Assembly: GCF_947568905.1 (NCBI RefSeq)
Contig: NC_079164.1
Coordinates: forward strand, 71,548,001-71,612,000
From: Ostrea edulis
Taxonomy: Eukaryota
Reading direction: 5' to 3'
Length of the DNA stretch: 64,000 nt
Numbering within the stretch: the first letter of the stretch is position 1; the number at the start of each line of letters is the position of its first letter. Shown here piece by piece: positions 61,323 to 64,000 of this stretch. The translations under genes were made by a program, and so were the position numbers. A model generated the notes under the pieces. It made no database searches. It saw only the letters and a list, made by a program, of their open reading frames with translations, and was not told the DNA's origin.

Positions 61323-64000
61323 ATGGAGTTTTGGAAAGTCCTCGTGGTTTTGCTAGTAGTTTTGCAAGGTAAGGGGTTTTTTTTTCATGGAAAGACTTTT
61401 TGTCTAACTTTTCCATCGTGAGTAATAATTGAGATTTAAAATGTATCGGCAAGTCTTTTCGAGCTGCAGTGAAACTGTTTATACCACTCGAACACGCACA
61501 AAATGGGTTGCACATAATTGCTAGTCTCTTTGGGCACGTTTGATTGAACAACTCGGAAGTTACACGAGTTGCTAGAGTTGCAAATATAAAGTGTATTTCA
61601 TGACACTAGTGTTGAACACGGGTTGGAAAAGTTTACTCCCGACAATAGCGGGAGCCTCAAGTGTTCAACACGGCGGAGAATGAAGAGAAATATTGAGTTT
61701 GACACGTGAAATAACTTTTGGGGATATATGGAAAGCTGAACTGTCTCCATATGGAGTGGGTGATATTTCCATACAAGGGGTGTTTAAAATTTGTTTCAAA
61801 ACAACTGATTCTTCTGCTCAATGGCTACAGTTTAGAATTTTACATAGAATCCTTCCTGTTGGATATTATTTGAAAAAAATTAATGTTAAAACAAATGACT
61901 GCTGTAGATTTTGTACAAGTAATGTGGAGACGATGACACATATTTTTGCTTCATGTGATAAAACCCAAACATTGTGGAGTGAGTTGAGTCTTCATATATA
62001 TAGAAAAACTTCAGAAAGAGTAGGTTTTAATGTGTCCAATATTATATTAGGTGAAAATCCACTAACTTTTAATAACAAAGTTATGAATTTTATAATTTTA
62101 TATGTTAAACAATACATCTTTACCTGTTTAATGCAGGATAAGGAACCAAACCTTGTTGGATTATTATGTCACTTAAAGTTAAAATATCATGTGGAAAAAT
62201 ATGCTGCAATTCAAAAACATAGAATGCACAGCTTTGATAAAATGTGGAAGATATTTTTGAATAATTTCTTTAATTTTTACATGTTTTTTTGTTATGCTTC
62301 AATACTGTACAGCAAGTGACCACAGGAGAGAATGAAATGTATGTATGATTGATTGTCCGTTTGTTTATTTGTCTGTGTGATTATATTGTATGTGTCAAAA
62401 AACAAATAAATTATAAAAAAAAACAAAAAAAACTTTTGGGAATATAGAGCAAAATTACCATGAAAAAGGATACATGTGATTCATGTAATAGAAATTAAAT
62501 ACTTCTCGGTATTAAAATGAACTACCACATTTAAATAAATTGCCATTGATACGATTTTCAAAACAACACTAGAACAACAGTTGTTTTATTCACATTCAAG
62601 GAGTCTAGCCTCTGCGCATGCTCAGGCATCACTCTATAGAGTTACTCGAGTCTTCCCAATCAAACGTGCCCCATGAATACCGTACAGAAGATTTCTTTGT
62701 TCACTACAACTGTCGTCTATTTTCACACAGGTTCGCTATCAAAGCCAGTGAGTTCCGAGGATGAACTACGCGTCATCGTCGGCAAACTAGAGAGACTCGC
62801 AGCAAGCTTAAGACAGTATGTAGTTGACGGAAGTAGGCCTGAATATTCCATGAGGGGTATCGGACCACTGAGCGGGTCTACACCAGAATTCACTATCCCC
62901 GGTAACAGACCACTCAATAACAAAGAACTTGACCCCTCCTCTCCAACATACAATTATCTGTACAAAATGATTGAAAAGCTCCTGAAACCATACTTCCGCA
63001 GCTTTCCAAGTGGACCATATAAATGTAAGTATGTTTGAAAAAATAGCCAAGTTCTCATGGAATGCTTTCAAATGATATTGCAAGGATCAATTACATTTCA
63101 ACATTTCATTGACATCCCTTGAATTTTCAGCGGAGATGCCGTTAACGCCACATAATGTTGTTACAATGCTGAATGTGTGGTATAACGACGCTGACCAGAT
63201 GATGCTCAAAGAACAGACTTTTGTTAACGTTGCCGGAGAGTTTTTGAATGCCCATTTCCAGTGTGCAACGACGAGAGTCAACCAAATAATTTTCTGTGAG
63301 TAGAACTATATATAGAGAATTGATATTAGACCTGTGACGTAAACCGAAATATAATCTCAAATTTTAGCAGCTGTAATTTTATAAGTGAATGTTACTCGTA
63401 TGAAAGAAATGTTATAGGTACATTGTACTTCTAAATGTCCGTCTTTGATACTACAGTTAAATGAAAAATACTGCATCGTTTGATTTTTCAATATTTCGTG
63501 GAAAGAACCCATGACGGTAACAAGCTAACTCTGATCTTGTGAATAATAGATGCAAAAACATGCAACTATTTCGTGGTTTAAAATTTCTCAGCCAAGCATA
63601 GATTTCTTTGCAAATAAGTCCACAAAATGACAACCACAGCGTTTCAACACTCTACACAATAGGAGCTGAAATGTTTTATTTTCAACACCTGATTAGAAAA
63701 TACCAAGTTCTGAATATAAACACTATTATATTCATTTGATTCCTCAGTTATGTCTGCCTAAAATGAAATAGTTAATACGTAGTGAAAAATTGTAATGTTG
63801 GCATGCTTTTGTCATCTTGCTATGTATTGTCACAAAAACGAATTGTACAAGTACTTTCATATACATTGAACCTTATCTAGATGTTTTCAAGAACCAAGTT
63901 CGTGAAATGGCCGAGGGTGACTGGAAAATTAACAATGGCGTGAAGGAAGTCTTGGAGAAGTGGGTAGCGGATACGACCGTTGTGGACAATGTCGCCCAGA
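61323..64000 (+). CDS. Uncharacterised secreted protein, paralog B (3'-incomplete); exons 61323-61368, 62731-63024, 63131-63295, 63881->64000
   Basis: Mirror image of paralog A with identical splice sites. Open through the window end; 8 amino-acid differences from A in exons 2-3. Confidence 0.8.
61723..62431 (+). mobile_element. 5'-truncated L1/Tx1-clade LINE insertion with poly(A) tail and TSD AACTTTTGGG
   Basis: Encodes an ORF2 C-terminus WLQFRILHRIL...CRFC..VETMTHIFASC..TQTLW (zf-RVT-type CCHC). 3' AATAAA plus A-tail at ~62405-62431; TSD at 61713-61722 and 62432-62441; absent from paralog A. Confidence 0.9.

Noticed and set aside
61693-61722. ATG/TTG start of the 208-aa ORF
   Set aside because: It is host intron sequence fortuitously in frame with a 5'-truncated LINE; not an independent gene.

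Overview
AT-rich animal genomic DNA with spliceosomal introns, most likely an oyster (Ostreidae). This is inferred from Cg170-like ~167-bp satellite arrays inside Helitron/Helentron-type elements. Hand-splicing supports five protein-coding genes. (1) The first coding exon of glucose-6-phosphate isomerase (GPI, minus strand; the rest lies left of the window). (2) A complete 6-coding-exon GARRE1/KIAA0355 (DUF4745) homolog (plus, 586 aa), head-to-head with GPI; these two genes are also neighbours in human. (3) A 4-coding-exon twisted gastrulation homolog (minus, 267 aa) with a long Asp/Glu tail. (4, 5) Two divergently oriented paralogs of an unrecognised secreted protein (445 aa, signal-peptide mini-exon, TATA/CCAAT promoter) on the arms of a >=2.9-kb-arm inverted duplication at 56-64 kb. 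The arms have nearly identical introns 2-3 but more divergent exons. A GC-richer island of overlapping, stop-interrupted ORFs (5.7-7.8 kb) looks like a relic of a virus-like or mobile element. The rest is MITEs, SINE/LINE fragments, mini- and microsatellites, and one N gap. No database searches were run; all identifications are from remembered motifs and direct reading.
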